Assembly (NCBI GenBank): GCA_050575255.1
Contig: JBNZDD010013678.1
Span: 4,684,753-4,748,752 of the forward strand
Direction: 5' to 3'
From: Harriotta raleighana
Lineage: Eukaryota
DNA length: 64,000 nucleotides
Each line of letters starts with the position of its first letter. Position 1 is the first letter of the stretch. A model generated the notes under the pieces. The model was not told the DNA's origin. It made no database searches and saw nothing but the letters and a program-made list of their open reading frames with translations. Positions 36,895-48,995 of this stretch are shown here, in pieces. Position numbers and translations under genes: made by a program.

Positions 36895-37245
36895 CTAGAA
36901 ATAAATGAAATAAGAATTAAAACAGGCTGCAAGTTACACAAATGTTGCTTTCCATTTAACCAATCATAAAAACAAAAAGATCGCAATGACACAAATCTTT
37001 TAAATACATACAGTACTTTGAAGTATCCTCTAATTTGAAACAACAAATGAACATACATATTTTAAATCTTACATTTCAAAGTAAAGGCAAATTGTATGAC
37101 CATTCCTAAGCTGAAAGTTATTTTTGTTTTCAAAACAATTCTTGAAGAATTTGGTTTCTCGTTGGTAATTAAATCTCCATTCAATGTGTGAAATGTAGCT
37201 TGCAAACAATGTACGCTTTTATCAATGGTGTTAATGGCTTCGTAC

Positions 37246-37388
37246 CTTCTTCCATTAATTGAGCTGAAGCAGAAACTTCTCCAAGTTGATTGCGAGCAAC
37301 AATGGAGTATTCACCAGCATCATCTACAAAAGTCATGGAGATCTCCAGCTGGCATTCTCCAATTTCCTTGTTGTACCTCACTTTGTAT
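37246..37388 (-). CDS. TTN: Titin exon 21 equivalent
   Basis: 143 nt; YKVRYNKEIGECQLEISMTFVDDAGEY. Confidence 0.95.
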
Positions 37389-37544
37389 CTGCGGAGAAAC
37401 AAAACACTTTCCGTTGAAAGCTCCATCAGAATTAGCAGCTTCACTATTCCAAGCAAAAAAAAGGGTCGCTGGGACATCCATTGAAAGGAATAGCCCTGCT
37501 CGGTGGTTGTTCTAAGTATCTTGTCCTTATCGTAAAGGAGTTAA

Positions 37545-37822
37545 ATCTCAAATCCAGGCAGGTCAGCGCGAAACCTTGAGCAACTTTTCTTACTCCACAC
37601 ACCTAATAATAATCCCTCCCCAAAAAAACCACAATAATAAAATTGGTCATTTCAATCCACAACTGTTTCTGGGACACTGCTGTGTGCAATTGGCTGCCAT
37701 GTTTCGCCCACAAATATACAGTCAGTTTACTTTGCAGTATATTCTGTGAAGCGTTTTGAGACTTCTGTCTAGAAGATGTGAAAAGCGCTGTATCAAATGC
37801 AAGGATTATCATTATTATTATT
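37545..37822 (+). mobile_element. tRNA-SINE family copy, 5'-truncated
   Basis: Reverse complement of the minus-strand copies; (att)n tail. Confidence 0.8.
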
Positions 37823-38159
37823 AATATATAAATCTGAATATTTAACTTGTGCTGTTTATAATCATTTTTCCAAGGATTATTCAGTCATGTTTTAAATAAA
37901 ACAATAATTTGTAATGTAGAACAATATCCTTTTCTGATCAGTTAACATGTTTTGCCTAAAAATACGCAGATAAGACAATTTTACTGTATTTCCTGTGAAG
38001 CGCTTTGAGACATCCTCCTGATGTGAAAGGCGCTTTCTCAAAGTGTAAGGATTATTATTACAGTACTTTCCGTTCCAATTTAACGCAACGAAAGTAATGT
38101 AATCAAGGGTGACAGCAAAGTGGCTACGAATGAGACTTTAGCTCCTGCTCAGCAGGTAC

Positions 38160-38369
38160 CTGTAGCCAGTAGTGAGTGGAATTCCAGCTTTTCTCCAGTA
38201 AATATGTGGCTTGGAGCTGCCACCAACTTGACAATCGAAAATGACACTTCCACCTTCAATCAGCTTTTGCACTGTTGGTTTCCTGATAAAGAACGGAGCG
38301 GTTCCAGGCACAGCATCAGCTGATTCAGGGGTAATACTGGTCTCTGTCATTTCCACCTTCATTTCAACC
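38160..38369 (-). CDS. TTN: Titin exon 20 equivalent
   Basis: 210 nt; APFFIRKPTVQKLIEGGSVIFDCQVGG..PLTTGYR. Confidence 0.95.
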
Positions 38370-38442
38370 CTAGAAAGAAGCAAATGTTTATTTAGGTTAT
38401 AGGAGATATGGTTTGATGATAAATCCGTAGGAATGGGTGCAG

Positions 38443-38826
38443 CCCTGTAGCTCAATGGTTAGAGCACTCGCCTTACACACGTGAGACCTGTGTTTGAATC
38501 TAGGCAGGGCGAAACCTTAGATAAGTTTCCTTACTCCACACGTCTGATAAAACTCTATAATNCACGTGAGACCTGTGTTTGAATCTAGGCAGGGCAAAAC
38601 CTTAGATAAGTTTCCTTACTCCACACGTCTGATAAAACTCTATAATAAATTGGTCAATTCAATCCATGACTGTTTGTGGGACATTGCTGTGCACAATTGG
38701 CTGCCACGTTTCGCCCACAAATATACAGTCAATTCACGTTTACAGTATATAGTTTTAAAAGACAGCTTTTAGGTGTCCAGAAGATTTGAAAAGCACTATA
38801 TTAAATGCAAGGATTATTATTATTAT
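38443..38826 (+). mobile_element. tRNA-SINE family copy with an 84-bp duplication around N38562
   Basis: cctgtagctcaatggttagagc head, gtttgaatc B box, (att)n tail. Confidence 0.82.
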
Positions 38827-39018
38827 CTATGTTACATTTTATTTTAATTCTTCCACACTATTCAATGATGAATAAAAAGTTAAATAAGCAATGTTTTGAA
38901 ACTATTGCATCTTAGATTAAAAATGTACAGAAATAAGAATCATTGCACACACAACAAACAGGATCAACCAAATACTACTCTTCTTGTGGGAATTCTTTAA
39001 AGAATGTACTGAACATAC

Positions 39019-39088
39019 CTTTGTCCTTCAGCAGCAATTTCCTCAGTCACAACAGAACTTTCCTCTCTGCTTTCAATCTCTTCTGAAA
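39019..39088 (-). CDS. TTN: Titin exon 19 equivalent
   Basis: 70 nt, phase 1-2; VSEEIESREESSVVTEEIAAEGQ. Confidence 0.88.
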
Positions 39089-39196
39089 CTGCAAACATTG
39101 AAATGGAAACTAATCAGTTTAAGAGAACCTGGATTTGGAAACCATTCAACGCATTTTGGTAAGCTACATTTGGTCCGACGCTAAGTAAATCCTTAC

Positions 39197-39455
39197 CTTG
39201 AACAAGAAGATAGCAAGAGGTATTGGTGGTGCCAGCTTCATTAGTGACAGTGCATGTGAAGCGACCACTATCTTCTGCAAAGGCCTCTCTGATGGTAAGA
39301 CGAGCGATGCCTGCTTCGAAGACAATTTGGAAGTCAATGGAACTTTCAATGCGATAGTCCTCTCTGAACCACATCACTGCTGGGGTTGGGTGTCCCGAGA
39401 TCTCACACTCTAGGGTCACAGATTCACCTTCTACCACAGTCATGTTTTTCAAGCC
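39197..39455 (-). CDS. TTN: Titin exon 18 equivalent (Ig Z3)
   Basis: 259 nt; GLKNMTVVEGESVTLECEISGHP..WFREDYRIESSIDFQI. Confidence 0.96.
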
Positions 39456-39602
39456 CTGGGTGAAAAAAAATAAGTATAAGAACACACCCTTTTTAACTCC
39501 CCCAGATCGGTGGAAGGCCGAGAGGTAAAAAGGAAGCAAAATAAAAACGCCGTCAATTCTAACAGAAAAATGTTTTCTTTGAATTCAAAAGGAATCACTT
39601 AC

Positions 39603-39668
39603 ACAAATGACACTTGGTGGCGTAAGTGGAACCTCTGTTGGAACAGGGGCAGCGACAGGTTCTGTGAC
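39603..39668 (-). CDS. TTN: Titin exon 17 equivalent
   Basis: 66 nt; VTEPVAAPVPTEVPLTPPSVIC; tag|..|gtaagt. Confidence 0.9.
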
Positions 39669-40014
39669 CTAGATAAAAACAAAAGCGTTTTACTTGTTTC
39701 ACATCCTACTTTGCGACTTGTAATGAACATGGAGGAGAAACACCATCTATCGATCGAAGCACTGAACAGAGAAGATCTTCAATTCAATTCACACTCAACT
39801 ATTGTTGTTATGCTTAGAGTTATATCACGTTATTCTATTCAGGAAAGGTTTCCAAGGAGGGAGGGAAGGAGTGAGGGGCAAGATGGAAATGTTGTTACGT
39901 TTGATCTCGATGAGAAATGGAAGAGAGTGGAAAGGTATGATCACTGTTAATTTGTGGATAGCACACCAAAAGTTAGAGGATAATGGCGGTAAGATTGCGT
40001 GGTGTTGAACCAAC

Positions 40015-40275
40015 CTGGACTTCTGCCATATAATGATCTTCGGCTTTGCGTGAGGCTGAAACACTTAAATCTAGATGTCTGTGCATTTGAGAATCAAAAC
40101 GTGTCTCATACATGTCCATTCCTTCTCTAAAAGGAGGCTGGGGGGATACACTCCCCTCGATCACATATCTGGCCTCTTTTACCAATGGAGGTTTCACTGC
40201 CTTGGTAACCTTCAGGGCAGAAGATGCAGCCAATTCTTTTTCCAGAGTAACCAATGCAGTTCCTGCTATAGAAAC
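40015..40275 (-). CDS. TTN: Titin exon 16 equivalent (Zq region)
   Basis: 261 nt; VSIAGTALVTLEKELAASSALKVTKAVKPP. Confidence 0.9.
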
Positions 40276-41339
40276 CTAACCGAGCCAAGGAGAATAAAGA
40301 TATTTTATTTCATCTTTTTTTTTATTGAGAAAAAAACGCTGCTGGCCACAATGACAGGGGGAAATGGGGTGGGATTACTGTGTTAGCTGAATTAGGTTGC
40401 CTTTTTGAGGGAAGTATTGTGTGAGGATGAAAATGAAGTGAATAACAACAGAAAAGTCTGCAAAATGAAGGAGAGGATGTTTCAGAAAACATTGAGGTAC
40501 AGCTGAAAGTTTCACCCGCAAAGAAAGAGAGAAAAAAAAATCCTACAAATAAGAAGCATTAGGTTCAAAGAATGTCAATTAATATAAAGTTGTGTTAAAT
40601 AAAATCTCTATTAGTAATGTATGGTAAAGGTCAAAACATGTATTAATGAAAAAATGTAAAATGGATGAAACAAAGACTGCGGGAAATGTGTCAATACAAA
40701 AAGATATCTTTTGAATACTCCAAGATAGAGACATCAAAACTTTGAACACTGTAATGCCAGGCAAATATCAACATCTAGTGGAAATTCTGTGCCACCAAAG
40801 TGAAATAGGACTCTATCTATGCATCTTTAATAATCATTTGTAATTCATTCCTAAGATTACACCAATGACCAACCACTCTCTTCACTCCAGCCCCCAGCTC
40901 AGGTTAAAACCCTTTATTACCCATTGCCTTGGGACGTCCTCCCGACGTGAAAGGCTTTATATAATTGTAATTTGTTGTTCAGTTGCTTTCCAGAAAATAA
41001 AGCAAAACAATGTGACAAACGTAATGTGTTTCTTTCATGTTCTACCATGGAATCTGATCACTATCTCTAAATACAATATGTCTTTATTTTTCACTGCTGG
41101 CCATAAATAGCTGTATGGTTTACCCCATGTCTGTCGTTACTAATTCTACATTTGCTTCAATGATCAGATAAAATATACCCAAACATGTGTTTACTCTGTG
41201 TAGAGGAATTAGCAGTTGCTTTCCTAAATAGGCAATGCTATATTTCTCTCAGAGTGGCTTTTAGATTTCTGCCAATTATATCAACGACTCTGTTTATAGT
41301 CCTGTTTGTTTGCCTGGCATTCAGAAATCTGTCCCTTAC

Positions 41340-41453
41340 CTCTTGGATGGGTTCTGGTTTGGCTACAGTGATTTTTGAAACAGTGAAGTGAGGAATTGGG
41401 CTACTGCAAAGTTTGTGGTCCAGATGTACTGTGGATTCAGATGTTCTTTCAAT
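41340..41453 (-). CDS. TTN: Titin exon 15 equivalent (Zq region)
   Basis: 114 nt; IERTSESTVHLDHKLCSSPIPHFTVSKITVAKPEPIQE. Confidence 0.88.
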
Positions 41454-41610
41454 CTACGCAACCAAACAAATTGCTCTTTATTAGGTGATATTTCAGCACG
41501 TGACTGATAATAGCTTTGCAAGAAAAAAAGGCTTGTCAAAATGATCATCATCATTAGAAGGAATAACAGAGATTCTTTGTTACTGTTTTATGAGTCAAAT
41601 GAAGTCTAAC

Positions 41611-41901
41611 CTGTGAAATGCGTGTTTCAGCATGTTCGCCATAGGAAATTTTTGTAGGGGTTGGAACAATAACTGTTTCTTTTCTGACAGTTGTGGTGAC
41701 AACTTGTTGCTTGGCGGGGGCAGTTGGTTTTGCAGCGGGAAGCTCAATGGTACGTTCACATACATCGCCCTGTGCATAGTCATACTCCAAAGATGTCTCC
41801 GCTGTGCGCACTCCTTCAGCGTACACAGGTTGTCTAGTACGTGCCTGATCCACAGCAGCCAACACTTTAGCCACAGCTTCAGCCTTTTTGCCAACCTCAA
41901 T
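41611..41901 (-). CDS. TTN: Titin exon 14 equivalent (Z-repeat 7)
   Basis: 291 nt; GKKAEAVAKVLAAVDQARTRQP, the alpha-actinin-binding Zr7 motif. Confidence 0.93.
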
Positions 41902-42632
41902 CTGCAGACAACAAGGACTAAGTCTGCGAGAGCATTCATAGTCTAATCTTTTATAGAACAAGATTAACTATGACTTTTAAAAGCAATACCATTTGGACTT
42001 TGTCAATGGCACGTCCTCCCAACGTGAAAGGCACTATAGAGACAACAGATTACATTTGTATATTGCCTTTCAAGTCGGGAGGACGTCCCTGGGCTATACA
42101 AATGGAATTTGTTTCCGTTGTTGGATTGGTCATTCCAAAGATTTTTTTTTAGAACATAACTTACATTAATAATAATTCTCACATTTGCATTTGATAAGCC
42201 GAATGTTACATGAGTTAACATTAGGCTGGTTTTCGTTGTTGTAAACAGTTGGCAAAATTACCAATCCAAAATAGTTTTTAAACAGTTGTTAAAATCAAGA
42301 AAAGTTTGAGGGTTTTGGGCCACTTTTCCAATAAAAAAAAGGTATATACTGAAAAAATTGGTATTGCTTTTGGCAGCAAAATGCACAATACACAGAAACA
42401 CATTTGACTCTCCAATAGATATTGTTGTGCAAAACAGTCTAAAATAGCACAACAACTGCATGCAAAAATTGCTCACAATTAATAGGAGTGTACTGGTGAA
42501 GCTAGGTGGTTTAAGGATGTGAAACCTATCAAGGTTCCTTTGCGTGAATGTGACTGTGAAATACATTACGAGACCAGGTTCGTGGGTCAAAGAAAGGTGC
42601 CAGTTAAAATGAATTGTGAGTGTTCAGACTAC

Positions 42633-42791
42633 CTGATCCTGACATGGTTGTGCTTGTTCTGTAGACTTGTCTTTCTCTTTGATACGTCTTTCTGCGTTGG
42701 TGGCAGCAGTCACAGGCGCTCTTACTCTGGCTTGCTCAACGGCAGCAAGTACAGTAGCTAAAGCTGTTGTTTTCTCTAGGTCATGCTGTGT
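42633..42791 (-). CDS. TTN: Titin exon 8 equivalent (Z-repeat 1)
   Basis: 159 nt, phase 0-0; TQHDLEKTTALATVLAAVEQARVRAPV; not in ORF track. Confidence 0.9.
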
Positions 42792-43276
42792 CTGAATTGG
42801 TTTTCACAGCAAAATAGATTGATTTTGCATATACTGTACGTAGGTCACGTAACTAAACATTAAACAGTCTCCAGGCTTCCTCCCTCATTCAAAATGTTTG
42901 TATTCGCCTTCGAATGAAGGCATACAGATGATTTCCAAAATGCAGATGCAAGTACGTACATACACATTAAAAGAACAAGCCAAATCATTTACCACTCTCA
43001 AGTCTCAACTACTATTATAAATGTGTTTCTCTAAACACACTCAAGCAGGGTTCGGGTTTAACCTCGAATCGATCCGTTTGAATCCACCTTTAATGTGGCT
43101 TGGAAATGGATCCGTTCCGTTATACCTGTGCCCAAAGGCTCTAAAACCGGGTTATAACTTAGCTGAATTGCTAAACTAAAATTAAAAATAAATCTCTACT
43201 TTTGCTGGTCAGAGCTGGATCATGCTATGATGATAATGCAACAACAACAACAACAGCAAAAAAAAAAGGTCCTCAC

Positions 43277-44914
43277 CTCTTTGCCAGCAACCACAGTCCC
43301 AACANGCCAACAACCACAGTCCCAACAGCAGCACCAGAACTGGAAACTCGGGATATTTCAGTGGCTCCAGCAGCTCCGTCAACGATGGTGACTCCGGCAA
43401 CTCGGGCACCTCCAGCTGCTGCGGAAAGCCCGGCAGCCCTGGCAGCGCCAGATACTTCAGTCGTTCGGATGCCTCCGGAAACCATGGACACGGTAGTGGT
43501 TCTGATAGCACCAGCGGAACCAATGCTGGCAGCACTGAAACCACTGACACCACCGCCACCAATGCTGGTAGCGCTGACACCGCCACCAATGCTGGTAGCA
43601 CTGACACCGCCACCAATGCTGGTAGCACTGACACCGCCACCAATGCTGGTAGCACTGACACCGACACCAATGCTGGTAGCGCTGACACCGCCACCAATGC
43701 TGGTAGCACTGACACCGCCACCAATGCTGGTAGCGCTGACACCGCCACCAATGCTGGTAGCACTGACACCGCCACCAATGCTGGTAGCGCTGACACCGCC
43801 ACCAATGCTGGTAGCACTGACACCGCCACCAATGCTGGTAGCGCTGACACCGCCACCAATGCTGGTAGCACTGACACCGCCACCAATGCTGGTAGCGCTG
43901 ACACCGCCACCAATGCTGGTAGCACTGACACCGCCACCAATGCTGGTAGCGCTGACACCGCCACCAATGCTGGTAGCACTGACACCGCCACCAATGCTGG
44001 TAGCGCTGACACCGCCACCAATGCTGGTAGCACTGACACCGCCACCAATGCTGGTAGCGCTGACACCGCCACCAATGCTGGTAGCACTGACACCGCCACC
44101 AATGCTGGTAGCGCTGACACCGCCACCAATGCTGGTAGCACTGACACCGCCACCAATGCTGGTAGCGCTGACACCGCCACCAATGCTGGTAGCGCTGACA
44201 CCGACACCAATGCTGGTAGCACTGACACCGACACCAATGCTGGTAGCGCTGACTCGACTGCCAATGCTGGTAGCACTGAAACCACTGACACCGCCACCGC
44301 TGACAGCACTGAAACCACCACCACCGCCACCACCACCGCCAATGCTGGTGGCACTGAAACCACTGACACCGCCACCGCCAATGCTGGCAGCACTGAAACC
44401 TCCACCACCGCCATCACCACCGCCAATGCTGGCAGCACTGAAACCACCGCCACCACCATCGCCAATGCTGGCAGCACTGAAACCACCGCCACCACCATCG
44501 CCAATGCTGGCAGCACTGAAACCACCGCTAATGCTGGTAGCACTGTAACCACCGCTAATGCTGGTAGCACTGTAACCACCACCAATACGAGCAGCACCGG
44601 CAGCACCAGCAGCCATGGAAGCTCCGTCAGCGATGGCAATTCCTCCTCCAGAGCCAGCCATTCCGGTGATGAACGTCTGTCCGTGCAAACCGTATCTCCC
44701 CTCCCACTTTTCTTCTCTGTGTATCTGAGTGCTGCTTGTGGTTGTCAACCTGCTTTCTCTCATCCTCGATTCGCTGGCGGAAACGTAATCTTCCTGCTTC
44801 CAAGGAGGTAAGGATTCTGTGGTGGCTGTCATGGTCTGAGATTTGCGTGTCAGGAGGGGCGATTTAACGGATCTGATGGGTGAGGTGGACAGTCGTCCAG
44901 CCGGAGACACAGAA
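43277..44914 (-). CDS. TTN: Titin exon 7 equivalent with large Gly/Ser repeat insertion
   Basis: SVSPAGRLSTSPIRSVKSP..PPWKQE..EEKWEGRYG..AGKE|gtgagg; 1-nt frame discrepancy at N43305 is probably an assembly gap. Confidence 0.88.
43559..44260 (-). repeat. 27-bp coding tandem repeat, 26 units, (GGGVSATSI)n; degenerate flanks to ~43520 and ~44580
   Basis: Plus-strand unit ccaatgctggtagcRctgacaccgcca; 702 bp / 27 = 26. Confidence 0.97.
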
Positions 44915-45689
44915 CTAGAACAAAAAAAAGTATTTGATAATATAATAATAATAATAATCCTTGCATTTGATATAGCGCTTTTCACGTCTTCTAGACATCT
45001 CAAAGCTCTTCACAGAAAATACTGTAAAGTGAATTGACTGAAACAAAGACGCAATCAACAAGTAAAACTGTCAATCACATGCATCAATGGCTGACATTGA
45101 ACTGTTAGGCGCTCCGAGGCACCATCCTGCGTGAAGGGGGCACAATACAAATGCAAGTTGTCGCTGCTATTGTTGCTGGTGTTGCGCCAAACTAATACCA
45201 AATAATAACGTTTGTTTTTCTGCATCAATAGACTAGTAATAATTCTTGCATTTTACCGAGTCCCTGCCATGTACACAAATTTACACTTCACAATTAATTG
45301 TCGCCAAGGAGAGCTTGGTGTCCGAGGCAGGCCATTTGGTACGGTCACAACGTGAATTACCAACATCTTGGAAGACAAACTATTAGCATCAGAGCTGGCA
45401 CTCCCGCGTTTCCCTACTGGTAGCGACACGATTGACAAAGAGGAGAGAAACAATACAATTGGATTCAAATTTAGAGCATATCCAGAGTGTCCTCTCAATT
45501 TTACGGCCGATCGAGCAGACTGGTCATTACATTCGCGGCCACCAGATGGCATCATCAGCCTTAAGATTTGGCCAGAATAAAGAGTTGAGCCATTGAGCTC
45601 CACATCACTATGTTTAACATGGAATAGAATCCAGAGGAGGCGCAAGTGAGGAGCACAGTTTTCATCCCTTTAGTCTGGTCTGAACTCAT

Positions 45690-45910
45690 AATCTAGGCTA
45701 CCTATTCCAATGCAGTACTGGGGGAGCGTTGCATTGTCAGAGGTGCCGTCCTTTAGATGAAATGTTAAACCGAGGCTCACCTGCCTATTCAGGGGGACGT
45801 TAAAGACCCCATGGCAGTATTTGAAGGGAGTTTCTCCCAGTTTCCCAGCTAACACACCCTTAGATCAAATTACTTATTCGCTCATTAGCAGTTTCTGGGA
45901 TACTGTTGTA
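45690..45910 (+). mobile_element. Deu-domain SINE (AmnSINE/SacSINE-like), interrupted by a MITE; resumes at ~46514
   Basis: gcagtactgggggagcgttgcattgtcagaggtgccgtcctttagatgaaatgttaaaccgagg..gttaaagaccccatggcagtatt resembles the Deu core; reverse pieces near 24590-24735 and 27370-27490. Confidence 0.72.
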
Positions 45911-46513
45911 CAGGCAGTCCTCAAGTTACGTCAACGTTAGGTTCCTAAGATGTGGGGTAAGTCGAATTTGTATGTAAGTCGAGTCACCCCCCTATAATGC
46001 TTACAGTAACATACAGTGATTGGTTGTAGTGTATAGTGAGCTGCCCTCTCTCCCCTGCACCCCTCCTAATATGTACAGTACTGTAAATAAAATAAAATAT
46101 TACTATACTTACATGGCTTCATTGTGAGTCTGGCACGCGATGTAGCGCAACACAGGAGATCACATGCGACGTAGCGCAACACAGGAGATCACACGTGACG
46201 TAGCGCAGTCTAAAGGCTCGAGAGTACTGTACCGCCGAGCTCACAGACTCACACAGTACCTGTACAGTACACACTCGCATCTCGCCTCCATCCTGTTCCT
46301 GTCCCGAACGCGTATCGTGGTCCCGTAAGTGTTGAGAGCGGCGAGGCACCGTGTGACTCTAGTTTTCTATCGCGCGTGGGGCAACTAAAGTATTTACGTA
46401 GCAGTGTCGTAACTTCGAGACTTTGGATGTAACTCGGACATAATTTTACTGATATTAAGCGTCGCAACTTCGAATTGTCGTACCTCGGAACGTCGTAACT
46501 AGAGGACTGCCTG
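45911..46513. mobile_element. Non-autonomous Tigger/pogo-like MITE
   Basis: TA|caggcagtcctcaagttacg ... cgtaactagaggactgcctg|TA: TIRs with TA target-site duplication. Confidence 0.85.
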
Positions 46514-46785
46514 TACTCAAATTGGCTGCCTTGGTCTTCTGATAAATACACAGTCCCCACACATTACAGTATATCATGTGAAGCCTTTGAAAGGTCTCAA
46601 AGACCCTTGCAATTAGCAGCTGCCTTTCGTCCACAAAGCACAGAGTCAATTCACTTTACAGTATATTTTGCGAAGCGCTTTGAGACATCTCCAAGGCCTG
46701 ATAAGGCTCTCTATCAAATGCAAGCATTATTATTATGATAAGGCGCTGTATCAATTGCAAGGATCATTGGTTTGCAATTCCTTAC

Positions 46786-47006
46786 CGAACAGGTGAAGGT
46801 CCTGGTGCTCTGACGTGGCGGACGGGCGATGGAGATTGCTGGCGGGTAGCTTGCACTTTGCCAACTATGGGTGTGGGGGACAGGGATGTGGGCTTTGGTG
46901 GGACACGTGGAGGGGTCTTATGGTGCAGATGTTGCACCACCAACTTGCCCCCAACCATCATTTCAACTGTACCAGAAGATTTTTCGTCATAGTGAGCTTC
47001 CATTTT
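46786..47006 (-). CDS. TTN: Titin exon 6 equivalent
   Basis: 221 nt; KMEAHYD..HKTPPRVPPKPTS..RQQSPSPVRH. Confidence 0.95.
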
Positions 47007-47120
47007 CTGAAATACAATGAAATGGTTAAAACAAAATGGAGTCACCCTCTCCAGTCAATTATCACAAGGTGGAACAGTCACCTTATTCTTTCTCGTGAGG
47101 AAGATCTGAAGGCAACGTAC

Positions 47121-47209
47121 CTTTTCAATTCGGGATTGTCTCGCCTCGGAAATGTGAGCAGTAGATACGATTGTCTTTGTCTTTTTGGCGGGTACAACTT
47201 CATCATCGG
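47121..47209 (-). CDS. TTN: Titin exon 5 equivalent (NAGNAG acceptor; alternative start 47212)
   Basis: VPAKKTKTIVSTAHISEARQSRIEK|gtacgt. Confidence 0.93.
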
Positions 47210-47315
47210 CTGCTAAGAAGCAAATGCAATACAGGATGAGTTTGCGAGAGGTTTTGAACCGTAACACGTTATCGCTGTGACCGACTCAAAGCAACGCAAC
47301 GCAAATAGAACCCAC

Positions 47316-47603
47316 CTTGGATGAGTAGCTCTGCCGTGGAAGTGGCACGTCCAACGTTATTTGTGGCTGTTACAGAGAAGGTTCCAGAATCTTCACGGTA
47401 AATTTCGGGTATAATTAAGCTGTATAAGTCAGCGTCTTGGGCAATTTGGAAGTCTGGTGAACTCTGGATTTCTGCTCCTTCCCTGTAAAACTTAACCACA
47501 GGTGTAGGGATTCCAGTGACTCGGACATCCAGTCTCACTTTGGATCCTTGTTTTACAGTCATACTTTGTAGTCTTTGTGTAAAGTTCGGAGGCGCAGTTT
47601 CCG
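47316..47603 (-). CDS. TTN: Titin exon 4 (Ig Z2)
   Basis: 288 nt; AETAPPNFTQRLQSMTVKQGSKVRLDVRVTGIPTPVVKFYR. Confidence 0.97.
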
Positions 47604-48360
47604 CTGCAGGAGGAAAGAACAAACGGTTTTGTCGCAATGTCCATTGCGTTCATAACTGCGATATCTTGCATTTAATCCTCTATTTATCTGTTCATAAAAC
47701 GGGCAGTTCAGTCCAATCCGTCTGTGACAATTAATGTGGTTGACGCGTGCAAAATGTGGACAGGTTTTGTTCCCTGCGTTCTTTCTTAAAGTATTGTACT
47801 TTATTATACAGTAACGTCAAAAATTCCTCAGCCAATTTGCTGACCTTATTCCTTTGTAAATTCAAATTGAGAAAATAAGCAACGAGTCAGTGAGTCTCCA
47901 AATACCACTGGCACCAAAGTCTATAGTAAGCAATCTGGTTATGGTGAGTACATCTGGCAAAGTTAGTCAAGCTTAGTTAGTCAAAGGGTACAGCAAATCT
48001 ACAATTCTCTCTCCCCCAAATGGCTGTGGATGTCGGATCCATTCACATTTTCAAGATGGAGGTGGATAGATATTTGTTAGGTCAGGGCATTTAAGGTTAT
48101 GGTGCAAGGGAAGGTGACTCATCTTAATGATCTTATAAGCCTTGATCTTATAAAATGGTGGAGCAATAGGCTTGAGTGGTTGAATAGCCTACTCCTGTTT
48201 GTGTGCCTATATATCTATGTGTCTACGTAAAACTCTTTAACTGAAGCTCCCAAATGTTTTGACTAACAATCCTTCCTCCCAGACCTCTTTAACTCCACCC
48301 CCTTCACACACACACACACACACATACTCCAGAGTATCTCAGGGGCCATGCTGTTGTTAC

Positions 48361-48564
48361 CTGTGACCAGCAGCTCTGCTGTACTTGTTGCTTGACCTGA
48401 TCCATTGGTGGCTCGCACAGAGAATCTGCCGCTGTGCACAGGCGTCAATCCAGAAATCTTCAGCATTGCGCGGCCGTTGCTGAAGGAGATCTGGGCGCCT
48501 GGCAGGGTGGCTGCGGACAGGACCTGGCCGTCTCTGAACCAACTCACCTCTGGAACGGGTTGAC
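48361..48564 (-). CDS. TTN: Titin exon 3 (Ig Z1, second part)
   Basis: 204 nt; PVPEVSWFRDGQV..LPGAQISFSNGRA..ATNGSGQATSTAELLV. Confidence 0.97.
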
Positions 48565-48995
48565 CTGTAGACAGTCAGGCAACAGCGATGTCAACTACAC
48601 AATCCCAGCAAATGCACCAGGAGCATCTTACGCACACACTCACACAAACCACACATACACAAACACACCATACTCACACACCACACACGCGCAACACATA
48701 CAACACACACAACACACACAGTGGAAAGACTCCAACTACGCAAATAGATCCGAACGCGAATAAATGTGATCGGATTACTTGTGAAAAGCAAGTTATAGGC
48801 AATAAGGCATACGTCTGAAAATCAACCAGAAAGAGGCAAATCGAATAGAGATAGATGCAGTCAGACAAATGGATGCAATCTGTAAGATTAAACATTTTTG
48901 TAGCCTTTGACGAGCTATTTATTTCACACCGGATCTACAGGATTATTATTTAATAATTAAGAATCAAATGCAACAAGTGTTATTTGGTAACTTAC

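Noticed and set aside
38478-38646. 84-bp direct duplication inside a SINE
   Set aside because: The copies flank a lone N (38562), the pattern of an unmerged contig overlap.
43295-43315. Apparent frameshift at the end of TTN exon 7
   Set aside because: Coincides with the single N at 43305. One extra base restores ..VGTVVAGKE and phase 0, so this is probably an assembly gap.
43202-44639. Long ORFs 43202-44548(+) (PPPMLVALT)n and 43209-44639(-) (VAVSALPAL)n, and a CRISPR-like look
   Set aside because: Alternate frames of a stop-free 27-bp repeat. There are no unique spacers, and the titin frame explains the region.
48620-48720. His/Thr-rich and Cys/Val-rich ORFs
   Set aside because: A degenerate (CA)n microsatellite in intron 2.
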